DNA from: Prorocentrum cordatum
Lineage: Eukaryota
Length of the DNA: 53,431 nt
NCBI GenBank assembly: GCA_963575745.1
Contig: CAUYUJ010000317.1
Location: 62,001-115,431, forward strand
Direction of reading: 5' to 3'
The notes beneath the pieces are model-generated. The model was not told where the DNA came from. It did no database searches and saw nothing but the letters and a program-made list of their open reading frames with translations. The position numbers and the translations under genes are program-made. Positions 1-20,129 of this stretch are shown here, one piece after another. Positions within the stretch are counted from its first letter, which is position 1, and each line of letters begins with the position of its first letter.

Positions 1-126
1 TACTACTACTACTACGACTACTACTACTACTACTACTACTACTACGACTAATACTACTACTACGTCCTCCTCATCCTCCTCCTCATCCTCCACTTCCTCC
101 TCCTCCTCCTCCTCCTCCTCCTCCTC

Positions 127-160
<34 letters not shown>

Positions 161-233
161 TCCTCCTCCTCCCCCCCTCCCCCTCCTCCTTCTCCTCCGC
201 CCCCCCCCTCCTCCTTCTCCTCCTCCTCCTCCT
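1..233. repeat. (TAC)n followed by (CCT)n microsatellites
   Basis: Directly visible: tactactac... at 1-63, then cctcctcct... to ~233. Confidence 0.95.
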
Positions 234-789
234 GCAGAGGGCGCGCGAGGAGCCGCAGAGGAAAGCATGTTAGTAGACACCAGAGGTCGGCGCGGGCACG
301 CCCGTGGATCTTGCCCTCTCCCTTCTGGCCCACAACGTGGACCCCTCGGGCCCAGGTCGTGGCGGGGAGGCTCGGGCACTATCCCGTGACACGCCCACGC
401 TGGCTTGTGCTGTCTACTCCGCTCGAAGTGTCCTATCCTATCCTCCTCCTCGCCCCCCGCCCCCCTCCTCCGCCCCCCCCCCCCCCCTCCACGCACCCAC
501 CTCTCCCCCCCTCCTCCTCCGCGCTGTCCGCCGCTTCCTCCTTTTCCTCCCACCCCCTGCCGCACCACTTCCCCCGCCCCCTCATCCTCATCATCCTCCC
601 CCCCCCCCCCCCCCCCCCCCTCCATCATCCTCGTCGCCCTCCACCAACACTTCGGCTGGGAGCCCCACAAGAGCCCCTCCTCCTTCTGCTCCAAGCGCCG
701 CTTGAAGTCCTTCTTCCGCTGTTCTTCCCCCTTCTTCTGATTCTTCTCCTCGAGCGGGGGTGGCAGGGGCGCCGAATGGACTAGAACCA

Positions 790-1130
790 TCGTCGACAAT
801 CTCGTCGACGTCGTCGTCGTCGACGTCGTCGCCATCGTCCTCGTCGTCGTCGTCGTCGTCGTTGTCGCCTTTGTCGTCCTTGTCGTTGTCGTCATCGTCG
901 TCGTGGCCGTCAACGTCGTCGTCGTTGTCGTCGACGTCGTCTTCGTCGTCGTCGTCGCCGCCGCCGACGTCGTCGTCGTCCTCGTCGTCATCGAGATTAT
1001 CTTGGTCGTCCTGATCGTCGTCGTCGTCATGGCCGACGTCTTCGGCGTCGTCATCGTCGTCGTCACCTTCGACGTCGTCGTCGCCAACACTGGCAACGTT
1101 GGCATTATCCTCGCAGCTGTCGTCGTCGAC
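790..1130. repeat. Degenerate (GTC)n microsatellite
   Basis: gtcgtcgtc tract with substitutions; it produces the poly-S/V/T/D pseudo-ORFs. Confidence 0.9.
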
Positions 1131-1579
1131 ACAGTCACAGCCGTCGCCACCGAGCCCTCTTCCTCGCCCTCTTCATTTTGTTCTTCTCTTTCTCCTTCGT
1201 CTTTTTGTCCTTCTTCTGCTGCCTTCGCGCCATTATCTTCTCCTTCCTTTCCTCGCACAAAAACAACAGTGGAAGGACAGAGACAGAGCAGGCCGAAGTG
1301 ATAGGATGAGAAAGAAAAAAGCAAGAGAACCCTAAGAGAGCCCAAGGGAGAAAATACGCACTGCCACGTCGAACCCTTCGCCGGGGATCACACAAAGAGC
1401 CCCCACAGACGCCCCCGAGAGATCCCGAAAAGGCCCCCTAAGATCTCCGGTAACTGCTAAATAATACTTCTACTTCGCGCGCGCGGGGCGGCCCCTGGGG
1501 GTCCCCGGACGAAAAGAACCCCGGGCGATCCCCGGCAGGGTCGGGCCAGAGATGGCCCCCCTCCTGGGCGCCGCCCCCG

Positions 1580-4500
1580 CGGCCCTCCAGAGAGCCCCAT
1601 GAAGGGCCACGAGGCCGCTAAGAGCCCTCCAAGATGGTGCAAGAGTGCTCCGAGATGCCACACGATCGTTCCAAGACGGCCAAGATGGCCCCCAGACGCC
1701 CCAAGAGGCCTCCAAGAGCACTCCCCAGAGTGCCCCAAGAGGCAAAATTCATTACTTGTCCTTAGGCTTTGGCCAGATTTTGGCGCGTCCATCTTTTCGG
1801 CTCCCCGACGCCCCAAGACGGCCCATGACGCCCCCAAGATCGCCCCGAAAGGGCCCAAGAAGGTCCCAAGAAGGCCCCAAGATGGCCCAAGAGGGCTCCA
1901 AACAGCCCCAGGGGCATCCAAGACGGCCCAAGAGGGGGCTCAGAGGGGCCCCAGAGGGCCCCAAGCGATGCCCGAAAGGGGGAACACAAAACAAAACTTC
2001 AAGCCCTCGGTCTTAAAAAGCCCACAGAAGGCCTCCAGATGCCCCTGGCAAGCCCCAAAAGGCCCCAAGAGGCCCTCAGGAGGCCCCCAAGGGACGCTGA
2101 AGAGGCCCCCCAGCGGCCCCAAGAAGCTCCCCAAATGCCCCCTCCAGCACGCAAGCAAATGCCAACTACCCGACGCGGGTAAGAGTCCCCACGAGGCCAC
2201 CAAGAGGCCTCCCATAAAAGCCCCCATAGGCAACAGGCTTCCACACGGGCCGCATCGGCATGGGCACGGGCACGGGGAGAAGGATCGGCGCGCCCCTCCT
2301 TGGCTCCAGAAGCGCCTGCGTGCACGAGGAGAGCTGGAGGGCCGACCGCGGGATGGCCGAGAGACCACCGAGCCCCCTCCGGACCCAACCTGCTCCTCGT
2401 CTCGGCGCCCCCGCTTGGCCGCCCCCGAGACGCGCGGCCCGCGGGGCGGAGATCCCGGAGGCCGGGCGTCGAGAGAGCAGAGCGCCGAGGCTCTGCCGCG
2501 GCCACGCAACCCACGCCAGGGGCGCGGCCTCGCTCGGCGCACCGCTCGCCGGGGGCGGCCTACGACGAGGCCAGGACGAGGGCAACATCGAATGAGGACG
2601 AATCGGGCGGAAGGTCATGGGGAGTGACCTCATGGGGGGCGAAGACGAGGACACTCGAAGGCGCCCTTTTGGGCCCCAGCCGTCTCCAAGAGGAGCCCTC
2701 AAGGGCCCTTGCAAGGCTCTTTCCTCCACCCCCCCATTCAGGTCACCCCCCCTTGCCAACCGCCCGAACAACATCGGGTGGGGATGAGTCAAGAACCTCC
2801 GAGATCCAGCGGCTCTGGAGGATGGATGCACCAGGCGCCGCGGCCTTCTCAGAGCGCACCAGAGTGTCAGGGGAGCCGCGCGGAGAGCCCTGGAGCAGAC
2901 TTTTGCTCGTCCTTCCTGGAGCCGTTCGCCCGCATAAGACCACGCACCCCCGAAGGCCCAGAGCTCCAACCCCGAGGGTGCGAGCACGCCTCGGAGTGGG
3001 TCCCATGCGCGGAGGAGCGCCTACTGGGACGGCCTCCAGCCCAGAGCCCCCGGCGTCAAGGTGTCTTCTTCTTCTTCGTCATCATCATCATCAGCAGCGG
3101 CAGCGTCATCATCATCATCAGCATCATCATCATCATCGGCATCATCATCATCACCATCAACATCAACATCATGATCATCATCATCCTCATCATCAGCATC
3201 ATCGTCGTCGTCGTGGACATCGTCCTCATCATCATGATCACCATCATCATCAGAATCGTCGTCGTCGTGGTCGTCGTCATCGACATCATCATCATCATCA
3301 TCATCATCCGCATCAGCATCATCATCATCATCGTGATCATCTTCTTCACAGCTGGTGGGTTTGCCTGGTTTCGGACCCCGGGGCCCTGATGGATCGATCC
3401 GGCTCGAAGGACGCAGCGAAACAGATTGGGCCCAGAGCTCCGGCCGACGCCAGCACGATGCTGCAATGTCTTCGCGCCGTCGGATCTCCAAGAAGGACCA
3501 CCCGTCGGTCGAGAGAAGTAGGCAGACGCATGGAGGCAGGCAGAGGGAACACCGCTCGACTCTCGACGTTAGGAAGGCGGCCGAAGTGGATCAAGACATG
3601 AAGTGGCAAAGCGCATGAAATAGAGTGGACCGAAGCCCTCCCAGAGAATTCGCCGGCCGGCCCACCGGGCCAAAGGCATGCTAAGATCTCCAGCAACTGG
3701 TTAACAAGATATTCCAGTTCGCACGCGCGGATCGACTTCCGGGGGCTCCCGGACGAAAAATACCCCGAGCAGGTCCCAGCCAGCGCGGCTCAGAGATGGT
3801 TTTCCTCCTCGGCGCTGCCGCCCAGGTCTCCCAGAGCGCTCCAGGAACGCGCCAAAAAGGATGGGAGACGCCCCCGAAACGGTCCAAGGGGCCCCGAGTC
3901 GCCGAAAGATTGCCCCAAGACGCCCATGCTGATCTCAAGACGGCCCTAGAAGCCGCCGAGAAGCTCCAAGAGAGCCTCAAGAAGCCCTCCTAGAGGGCCC
4001 CACCAAACAAAAACCGCCTCATTTCATCAGGACAACTTGCATGTCTGGCATAGACGACGCTCGGAGCCTCACAGCGCCCAGGACTTCCCAAGAGCCCCCC
4101 AAGGTCGCCCCGAGATGGCCAAACATGCCCCCAAGATGCGGCCAAGATGCGCCCAAGAGGGCTCCGAGACGTCCCAAGAGGGCTGCCGTCCAGGCCTCCC
4201 ACAGCGCCCCAGGAACGCGCCAAAAAGGGTCGGAGACGCCCCCGGGACGGTCCAAAGGACCCCGAGTCGCCGAAAGATTGCTTCAAGACGCCCATGCTGA
4301 TCTCCAGACGGCCCTGGACGCCGCCGAGAAGCTCTAAGAGAGACCTCGATAAGCCCTCATAGAGGGCCCCACCAAGCAAAAAACGCCTCATTTCATCAGG
4401 ACAACTTGCATGTCTGGCATAGACGACGTCCGGAGGTTCACAGCGTCCACAACTGCCCAAGAGCCACCCAAGATCGGCCCAAGATGGCCCATGCCCACAA

Positions 4501-5443
4501 GATGCGCCCAAATGAGCCCAAGAGGGCTCCGAGCCGACAGAAGAGGGCTGCCGTCCAGGCCTCCAAAAGCGCTCAAAGAACGCGCCAAAAAGATTCGGAG
4601 ACGCCCCCCGAAACGGTGCAAGGAGCCCCGAGTCGCCGAAAGATTGCTCCATAACGCCGATGCTGGTTTCCAGAAGGCCCTAGACGCCGCGGAGAAGCTC
4701 TAAGAGAGCCTCAAGAGGCCCTCCTAGAGGGCCCCCGCAATCAAAAACCGCTTCACTCCCGAAGAAAAACGTACATTTTTGGCAAAGGCGATGTTCGGAG
4801 GTTCGCAGCGTCCACGACTGCCCCCAAGATGCACCCAAGAGGGGGCAAAGGTTCCAGGACGACCCAAGAGGGCTCCAAGACGGCCCAAGACGCCCCCAGA
4901 AAGGAAACCCAAAATGACATTTGAACCTTTCCGACCCCGAGAGGCCCAAAATCAGACCCCAAGGACACCCAAACGGCCCCGACGAGGCCTCAAGAAACTT
5001 CAGAACTGCCTCCAAAAGGCTTCCGCGACACCTGCCATGAGACCCCAACGCCGCCGCATCAAATGTCCCCTGCGCCCCATCGACAAGCCTCAGAGTGAGC
5101 ATCCACGACCAGCAAACCTCCACGACGGCACCCGAAGTCCAAAAAAGCAACACACAACAAGCCGCCCCGCGAAAAGCGACCACTTTCCCTGGCAACTCCC
5201 AGGAAATCCAAACGAATCGCCCCAGCATCATGCTCCACGCAACGCCTCAGTTGACAGCCGACGCCCCTGCAGCTCAACACCGCCAACGACCACTCGGCCA
5301 GTCGACGCAGAAATGCCCAAAAATGGGCCGGCGGAAAAAGCGAAGCGATTGAAAAAAAGCAAATGACAAAGGAGGCAGCGAGGAGGCGACGAGGAAGCAG
5401 GAAGAAGCGGTAGAGAAGAAAGGAACGTCCTCACAGACACACA

Positions 5444-5484
<41 letters not shown>

Positions 5485-5507
5485 GCACACACACACACAC
5501 ACACACG
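1580..5507. repeat. ~3.9-kb composite repeat unit, copy 1 (CCAAG-rich block, GC-rich block, (CAT)n, 369-bp subrepeats, terminal (CA)n)
   Basis: Colinear with 5510-9545: ggccctccagagagcccc at ~1581/~5515, gaatgaggacgaatcgggcgg at 2590/6721, aggaacgtcctcaca at ~5421/~9397. Confidence 0.85.
3830..4900. repeat. ~369-bp internal tandem subrepeat (about 3 copies)
   Basis: aggacaacttgcatgtctggcatagacgacg recurs at 4029 and 4398, with a diverged third copy near 4770 and related copies near 8208 and 8565. Confidence 0.8.
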
Positions 5508-5509
5508 GC

Positions 5510-7486
5510 CCCGTGGCCCTCCAGAGAGCCCCAAGAGCCACGAGGCCGCCAAGAGCCCTCCAAGATGGTTCAAGAGTGCTCCGAGCTGCCACACGATCGT
5601 TCCAAGACGGCCAAGATGGGCCCCCGACGCTCCAAGAGGCCTCCAAGAACACTCCCCAAAGTGCCCCAAAAGTCAAAATCCATTACTTTCCTTAGGTCTT
5701 GGCCAGATTTTGGCGCGCCCATATTTTCGGTTTCCCGACGCCCCCAAGACGGCCCAGGAGGCCCCCAAGATCGCCCCAGGAAGGCCCAAGAAGGTCCCAA
5801 GAAGGCCCCAAGGCAGCCCAAGAGGGCTCCAAAACGCCCCAGAAGCATCCAAGACGGCCCAAGAAGGGGCTCAGAAGGGGCCCCAGAGGGCCCCAAGCGA
5901 TGCCCCAGCGGGGGAACGCAAAACAAAACTTCGAACCCTCGGTTTTAAGAAGCCCCCAGGGGACCTCAAGAAGCCCCTGACAGGCCCCCAACGGCCCCAA
6001 GAGGCCCTGAGGAGGCCCCCAAGCGACGCTGAAGAGGCACCCCAGCGGCCCCAGGAGGCCCCCCAAATGCCCCCTCCAGCACGCAAGCAAATGCCAACTA
6101 CCCGACGCGGGTAAGAGCCCCCACGAGGCCACAAAGAGGCCTCCCAAAAGAGCCCCCACAGGCAACAGGCTTCCACACGGGCCACGACGCTGTCAAGACT
6201 CCCCTAGCGGCCACCCAGAAGCCTCCCGACAAAACCCCCGTAAGCGAGAGTACATGTTGCATTCCATCGTTTAACCGATTCCTATCCCCACCGGCGTGGC
6301 CTGGGCCCCACTGGCCGATGCACCCCCCCTGATGGGGATCTAGGCCGTTCACTTCGGGTGTCGAGGGGCATGTCCCCAACGGGGATCGGCATGGGCATGG
6401 GCACGGGGAGAAGGATCGGCGCGCCTCTCCTTGGCCCCAGTAGCGCCTGCGTGCACGAGGAGAGCTGGAGGGCCAACCGCGGCATGGCCGAGAGACCAAC
6501 GAGCCCCCTCCGGACCTAACCTGCCCCTCGTCTCGGCGCCCCCGCTTGGCCGCCCCCGAGACGCGCGGCCCGCGGGGCGGAGATCCCGGATGCCCGGCGT
6601 CGAGAAGGCAGAGCGCCGAGGCTCTGCCGCGGCCACGCGACCCACGCCAGGGGCGCGGCCTCGCTCGGCGCACCGCTCGCCGGGGGCGGCCTACGACGAG
6701 GCCAGGACGAGGGCAACATCGAATGAGGACGAATCGGGCGGAAGGTCATGGGGGGTGACCTCATGGGGGGCGAAGACGAGGACACTCGAAGGCGCCCTTT
6801 TGGGCCCCAGACGTCTCCAAGAGGAGCCCTCCAGGGCCCTTGCGGGGGTCTTTCCTCCACCCCCCATTCCGGCCACCCCCCTTTGCCAACCGCCCGAACA
6901 ACATCGGGTGAGGATGAGTCAAGAACCTCCGAGATCCAGCGGCTCTGGAGGATGGGTGCATCAGGCGCCGCGAGCGTACCAGAGTGTCCTGGGAGCCGTG
7001 CGGAGAGCCCTGGAGCGGATTTTTGCTCGTCCTTCCTGGAGCCGTTCGCCCGCATAGGACCACGCGCCCCCGAAGGCCCAGAGTTCCAACCCCGAAGGTG
7101 CGAGCACGCCTCGGAACGGGCCCCATGCGCGGAGGAACGCCTACTCGGACGCCCTCCAGCCCGAGGCACCCGGCGTCGAGGGGTCTTCTTCTTCTTCATC
7201 ATCCTCATCAGCAGCGACAACGTCATCATCATCATCATCATCATCATCACAATCGTCCTCATTAACCTCATCATCACCACCATCACCATCATGATCATCA
7301 TCATCGTCATCATCATCATCACCAACAACATCAACATCATGATCATCATCATCATCCTCATCATCATCATCGTCGTCGTGGTCATCGTCATCATCATCAT
7401 CGTCATCATCATCATCCTCGTCGTCGTCGTGGGCATCGTCATCGCCATCATCATCATCAGCATCAGCATCGTCATCATGATCATCG

Positions 7487-7521
<35 letters not shown>

Positions 7522-9307
7522 TTCTTCTTCACAGCCGGTAGGTTTGCCTGGTTTCGGGCCCCGGGGCCCTGACGGATCGTTCCGGCTCGGAGAACGCAGC
7601 AGAACAGATTGGGCCCAGAGCTCCGGCCGAAGCCAGCACGATGCTGCAATATGTCTTCGCGTCGTCGGATCTCCAGGAACGACCACCCGTCGGTCGAAAG
7701 AAGTAGGCAGACGCATGGAGGCGGGCAGAGGGAACACCGTTCGACTCTCGAAGTTAGGAAGGCGGCCGAAGTGGATCAAAACATGAAGTGGCAAGGCGCA
7801 TGAAATAGAGTGCACCCAAGCCCCCCCGGAGAATTCGCCGGCCCACCGGGCCAGAGGCGTGCTAGGATCTCCGGCAACTGGTTAACAAGATATTCCAGTT
7901 CGCACGCGCGGATCGGCTTCTAGGGGCTCCCGGAGGAAAAAGTACCCCGAGCAGGTCCCGGACAGTGCGGCTCAGATGGTTTTCCTCCTCGGCGCTGCCT
8001 TCCAGGTCTCCCAGAGCGCTCCAGGAACGCGCCAAAAAAATCGGAGACGCCCCCGAAACGGTCCAAGGGGCCCCGATTCGCCGAAAGATTGCTCCAAGAC
8101 GCCAATGCTGATCTCCAGACGGCCCTAGACGCCGCCGAGAAGCTCCAAGAGAAACCTCAAGAAGCCCTCACAGAGGGCCCCACCAAGCAAAAACCGCCTC
8201 ATTCCATCAGGACAACTTGCATGTCTGGCATAGACGACGCTCGGAGGTTCACAGCGTCCACGACTGCCCAATAGCCACCCAAGATCGGCCCAAGATGGCC
8301 CAACATGCCCCCAAGATGCGCCCAAGTAGGCCCAAAATAGCTCCGAGCCGACACACGAGGGCTGTCGTCCAGGCCTCCCAAAGCGCTCAAGAAACACGCC
8401 AAAAAAAGAACCGGAGACGCCCCCGAAACGGTCCAAGGGGCTCCAAGACGCCGATGCTGGTGCCCAAGTGGCCCTACACGCCGCGGAGAAGCTCGAAGAG
8501 CGCCTCAAGAAGCCCTCCTGGAGGGCCCCACCAATCCAAAACCGCTTCACCCCCGAAGAAAACCATACATGTCTGGCAAAGGTGACGTCCGGAGGTTCGC
8601 AGCGTCCACGACTGCCCAATAGCCACCCAAGATCGACCCAAGATGGCCCAGCACGCCCCCAAGATGCGCCCAAGAGGGGACAAAGGCTCCAAGGCGACCC
8701 AAGAGGGCTCCAAGACGGCCCAAGACGCCCCCAGAAAGGAAACCCGAAATAACATTTGAACCTTTTCCGACCCCAGAGGCCACTCCGAGACCGCCAGCAG
8801 ACTCCAAAAAAAACACCGAGAAATACCAAGAAGCCCTCGAGAGGCCCAAAATCGGCCCCAAGGACACCCAAACGGCCCTGACAAAACCTCAAGATGCTTC
8901 AAAACTGCCTCCAAAAGGCTTCCGCGACACCTGCCAGGAGACCCCAACGCCGCCGCATCAAATGTCCCCTGCGCCCCATCGACAAGCCTCAGAGCGAGCG
9001 CCCACGACCAGCAAACCTCCACGACGGCACCCGAAGTCCAACAAAGCAAGACACAACAAGCCGCCCCGCGAAAAGGAACCGACTTCCCTGACAACTCCCA
9101 AGAAATCCAAACGAATCGCCCCAGCATCATGCTCAACGCAACGCCTGAGAAAACGGCCGACGCCCCTGCAGCTCGACACCGCCAACGACCACTCGGCCAG
9201 TCGACGCAGCAGCGCCCAAAAATGGGCCGGCGGAATGAAGGATGCGATTGAATAAAGCAAGTGACAGAGGAGGCAGCGAGGAGGCGACGAGGAAGTAGGA
9301 AGAAGCG

Positions 9308-9394
<87 letters not shown>

Positions 9395-9404
9395 AAAGGA
9401 ACGT

Positions 9405-9459
<55 letters not shown>

Positions 9460-9545
9460 ACACACACAACACACACACACACACACGCACACACACACAC
9501 ACACGCACGCACACACACAACACACACACACACACACCACACACC
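5510..9545. repeat. ~3.9-kb composite repeat unit, copy 2
   Basis: Diverged tandem copy of 1580-5507, with an extra ~200 bp (6184-6382), one fewer 369-bp subunit and a T/A run at 9308-9392. Confidence 0.85.
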
Positions 9546-9959
9546 ACCCATCCGGCCCGCCTCCGACGTCAGCCTCTTGACCTCGGCCAAGGGGACGCGC
9601 GAAAGACATTAAGAACAGACAGATAGCTGAGGCGCGGGCTACGACGACGTCGTCATCGTCGCCGTCATCGTGGCCGTCGTCGTCGTCATCGTCGTCAGCC
9701 CATAAGAACACCACGAACACCCCCCAAAGAGGCCCCCAGAGGAAGAACACGAAACGAAATTTCGAACCCTCAGCCATAAAGAAGCAGCACCCAGGAGGCC
9801 CCCAGAGACCGCTAAGAAGCCGAAAGAAGCCCCGAAGAAACCCTGAAGAGGCCCCCAAAAGGCCCACAAACTGCCCCAAAAGACCCCAAAAAATCCCCCC
9901 CCCCCTCAGACACTCCAAAGATCGATAAGCGAAGAGGGAAGCAGGACGGCAGAAAAGGG

Positions 9960-16489
<6,530 letters not shown>

Positions 16490-16490
<1 letters not shown>

Positions 16491-17065
16491 CTCACGACGA
16501 CGACGACGACTACGACGACGACGACGACAACCACGACGTCTAAGACCAAGACGACGACAACGACGACGACAACAACAACCCAACGACGAGCAAGACTCGG
16601 ATGACGACGACGACGACCAAGAGTTAGACGACGAGGACGACGACGACGACGATTAAGACAACGACGACGACGACAACGACGACGACGACGACCCCTCGAA
16701 CTGAGACGGCGACGACGACAAGTAAGACTGAGACGAGGACGACAACGACAACGAGGACAACGACGACGACTAGAATTTAGACTAAGAACTCAAACGACAT
16801 CGAAGACGACGACGACAGCGACGACAACGACGACGACGACGACGACGACCACGACGACGACTAAAACTACGACGACTCCGCCCCCCTCCTCCCTCCCCCC
16901 TCTTCCTCCCTTCCTCCCATCCTCTCTGCCGCACTTCCTCCCTTCCTTCCCTCCCCCCCTTCTCGCTTCCGCCCTTCCTCCCTCCCTCCCCTTCTCCCCC
17001 CCCCCCCCCTCATCCACCTCCAACACCCACCCACGCCCACGCACACCCACCCACACATCAACACA

Positions 17066-17121
<56 letters not shown>

Positions 17122-17935
17122 CACACAATCAAGATGCAAACGACATGCGCTGGCCAGAGTGCGCGACACGCCCACAAGAGGAGAGCCACGCAAACACCCA
17201 AACACAACTCAGACCCACACGACGACGACGACGACAACGACGACGACGACGACGACTACGACGACGACGACGACAACCACGACGTCTAAGACCAAGACGA
17301 CGACGACGACGACGACGACGACGACCACAACGACCCAACGACGACCAAGACTCGGACGAAGACGACGACGACCAAGAGTAAAACGACGAGGAGGACGACG
17401 ACGACGACGATTAAGACAACGACGACGACGACCACGACGACAACGACGACCACTCGAACTGAGACGACGACGACGAGTAAGACTAAGACGAGAACGACAA
17501 CGACAACGAGGACAACGACGACGACCACTAGAATTAAGACTAACAACTAAAACGACAACGAAGACGACGACGACGACAGCGACGACGACGACGACGACGA
17601 CGACTAAAACTACGGCGACTTCGCCCCCTTCATCCCTTCCCCCTTCGCCTCTCTTCCTCCCATCCTCTCTGCCGCACTTCCTCCCTTCCTTCCCTCCCCC
17701 CTGCCTCGCTTCCTCCCTTCCTCCTTTCCTCCCCTTCCCCCCCACGCCTCCACCTCGAACACCCACCCACACCCACGCACACCCCCCCACACCACACACA
17801 AGCACACACACACACACACATACACACACACACACGCACACACACAATCAAGATGCAAACGACCTGCGGTGGCCGGAGTCCGTGACACGCCCACAAGTGG
17901 AGAGCCACGCAAACACCCAAACACACACACGGACA
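16490..17935. repeat. ~720-bp compound tandem repeat ((GAC)n-like, CT-rich, (CA)n, unique linker), two copies plus a partial one upstream
   Basis: Linker atgcaaacgac(c/a)tgcg..ggcc at ~16312, ~17134 and ~17854; gagagccacgcaaacacccaaacaca at 17181 and ~17900. Confidence 0.8.
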
Positions 17936-18048
17936 CGCTCTCTCAAACACACACAGAACAGAACAAAAGCGACCCACGATCGCGGGCCGCGGTCGCACAG
18001 ACATTCGCGCACCCCCACACACACACACACACACACGACGACGACGAG

Positions 18049-18104
<56 letters not shown>

Positions 18105-18123
18105 CTCAAACCAAGACGACGAA

Positions 18124-18159
<36 letters not shown>

Positions 18160-18399
18160 CAGAACGACGACGACGACGACGACAACAAATCCGCCGACCC
18201 CCGCTGGCCAGGGGCACTGGGCGCCAGCGGTAAACCGTCAACCTTTCTTACCGCCGGGGGACTCGTAGAGCTTCCTGACAACATATAATGTCGAACAAAA
18301 TTGCAGCGAACGAATAGTTTTTCAGCCCAAGCGATTTCAGACCTCTCGATGCAACAGCCGAACGCCCCCCGATGCTTCTGGATTGTCTTATGTACGAGC

Positions 18400-20120
18400 T
18401 CTGTAGCTCTCCTACAGCCCGAGTTACGTTCGTTAACCGACAGCACCCCTCAAGATGACTCCAACAAAACGAATACTTTGGCAAACCCAGCTCGAGTATC
18501 AGGCCGAGCTCAGACCTCTGAATGCGAAAGACGGACGCGTCTGATGTCTCCGAATCGATTCCTGTGATTACCAGCCCTGCAGCCCCCCTACAGCCCGAGC
18601 TAAGTGCAGAAAGCCGACAGCATCTTTCAGCATGACTCGAACAATACGAACAATTTCGCGGACCTAGTTTGGGCAGCAGACCGAGTTCCGAGCTCTGGAT
18701 TCCACAGGCGGACGCGCCTCATGTCTTCAAATCGATTGCTGTCACCACCAGCACCGTAGCCCCCCTACAGCCCGAGTTAAGTGCAGAAAACCGACAGCAC
18801 CTCTCAAGATGACTCGAACAATACGAATTGGTTCGCGATTCTGGATCGGGGAGCCGACCAAGCTCAGAGCACTGAATTGAACAGACAAACGCGACTGATG
18901 ATTCTAAATCGATTTCTGCACGCATCAGCTCTGTAGCTGTCCTTTAACTCGAGTTAAGTACAGAAAACCGAGAGCGCCTGTCAAGATGACTCGAATAATA
19001 CGAATAGGTTTGCGGACCTAGCTCGGCTAGCAGACCGAGTTCAGACCTCTGGGTGCAACAGACGAGCGCGCCTGATTATTCTGAATCGATAAGGTGTGCT
19101 TACCAGCTCTGTAGCTGTCCTATATCTCGAGTTAGGTCAAATATACCGACAGCGCGTATCAAGATGACTCGAAACGGCCGATCCCGCCGCAGTGCTTTGT
19201 GGCAGTAAAAGGTATCCGATCGAGCTGAGATCAAGATGGCGAGCGGGAATAAGATCGAATATCACGGGAAAAAATACTAGAGCTCTAACGAATGTTCGAA
19301 TTTTGAGAACAAAACTGGGCGCCGACGGTAAACCATCAACCTTTCTTACCGCCGGGGGACTCGTAGAGCTTCCTGACAATTTATAATGTCGAAAAAAATT
19401 GCAGAGAACGAATACTTTTTCAGCCCAAGCGATTTCAAACCTCTCGATGCAACAGCCAAACCCCGATGCTTCTGGATTCTCTTATGTACGAGCTCTGTAG
19501 CTCTCCTACAGCCCGAGTTACGTTCGTTAACCGACAGCACCCCTCAAGATGACTCCAACAAAACGAATAGTTTGGCAAACCCAGCTCGAGTATCAGACCG
19601 AGTTCAGACCTCTGAATGCGAAAGGCGGACGCGTCTGATGTCTCCGAATCGATTTCTCTGATTTCCAGCCCTGCAGCCCCCCTACAGCCCGAGTTAAGTG
19701 CAGAAAGCCGACAGCATCTTTCAGGATGACTCGAACAATACGAACAGTTTCGCGGACCTACTTCGGGCAGCAGACCGAGTTCCGCGCTCTGGATTCCACA
19801 GGCGGACGCGCCTGATGTCTCCAAATCGATTGCTGTCACCACCAGCACCGTAGCCCCCCCTACAGCCCGAGTTAAGTGCAGAAAACCGACAGCACCTCTC
19901 AAGATGACTCGAAGAATACGAATAGTTTCGCAATTCTGGATCGGGCAGCAGACCGAGTTCAGAGCTCTGAACAACAGACAAACACGACTGATCATTCTAA
20001 ATCGATGTCTGTACGTACCAGCTCTGTAGCTATCCTATAGCTCGAGTTAAGTACAGAAAACCGAGAGCGTCTGTCAAGAGGACTCGAATAATACGAATAG
20101 GTTTGCGGACCTAGCTCGGC
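18400..20120. repeat. 177-bp tandem monomers (central repeats of family A); the same monomer recurs throughout 18.4-36.8 kb
   Basis: Register marker ccta/cctt at 18411, 18587, 18764, 18941 and 19119 (spacing 176-178 bp); conserved caagatgactcgaa(c/t)aatacgaa and ccgagttcagacctct. Confidence 0.9.
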
Positions 20121-20129
20121 CAGCAGACC

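Noticed and set aside
1..63. Telomeric repeat at the window start
   Set aside because: (TAC)n is a trinucleotide microsatellite, not TTTAGGG-type.
6329..6365. Hammerhead ribozyme (ctgatg...)
   Set aside because: Lacks the CUGAUGA and GAAA core in the required arrangement.
9308..9392. T-run/A-run palindrome or retro-insertion poly(A)
   Set aside because: It replaces ~10 bp of copy 1 with pure homopolymer, with no TSD or element body; a base-calling artefact is likely. The same caution applies to the A-run at 12473-12578.
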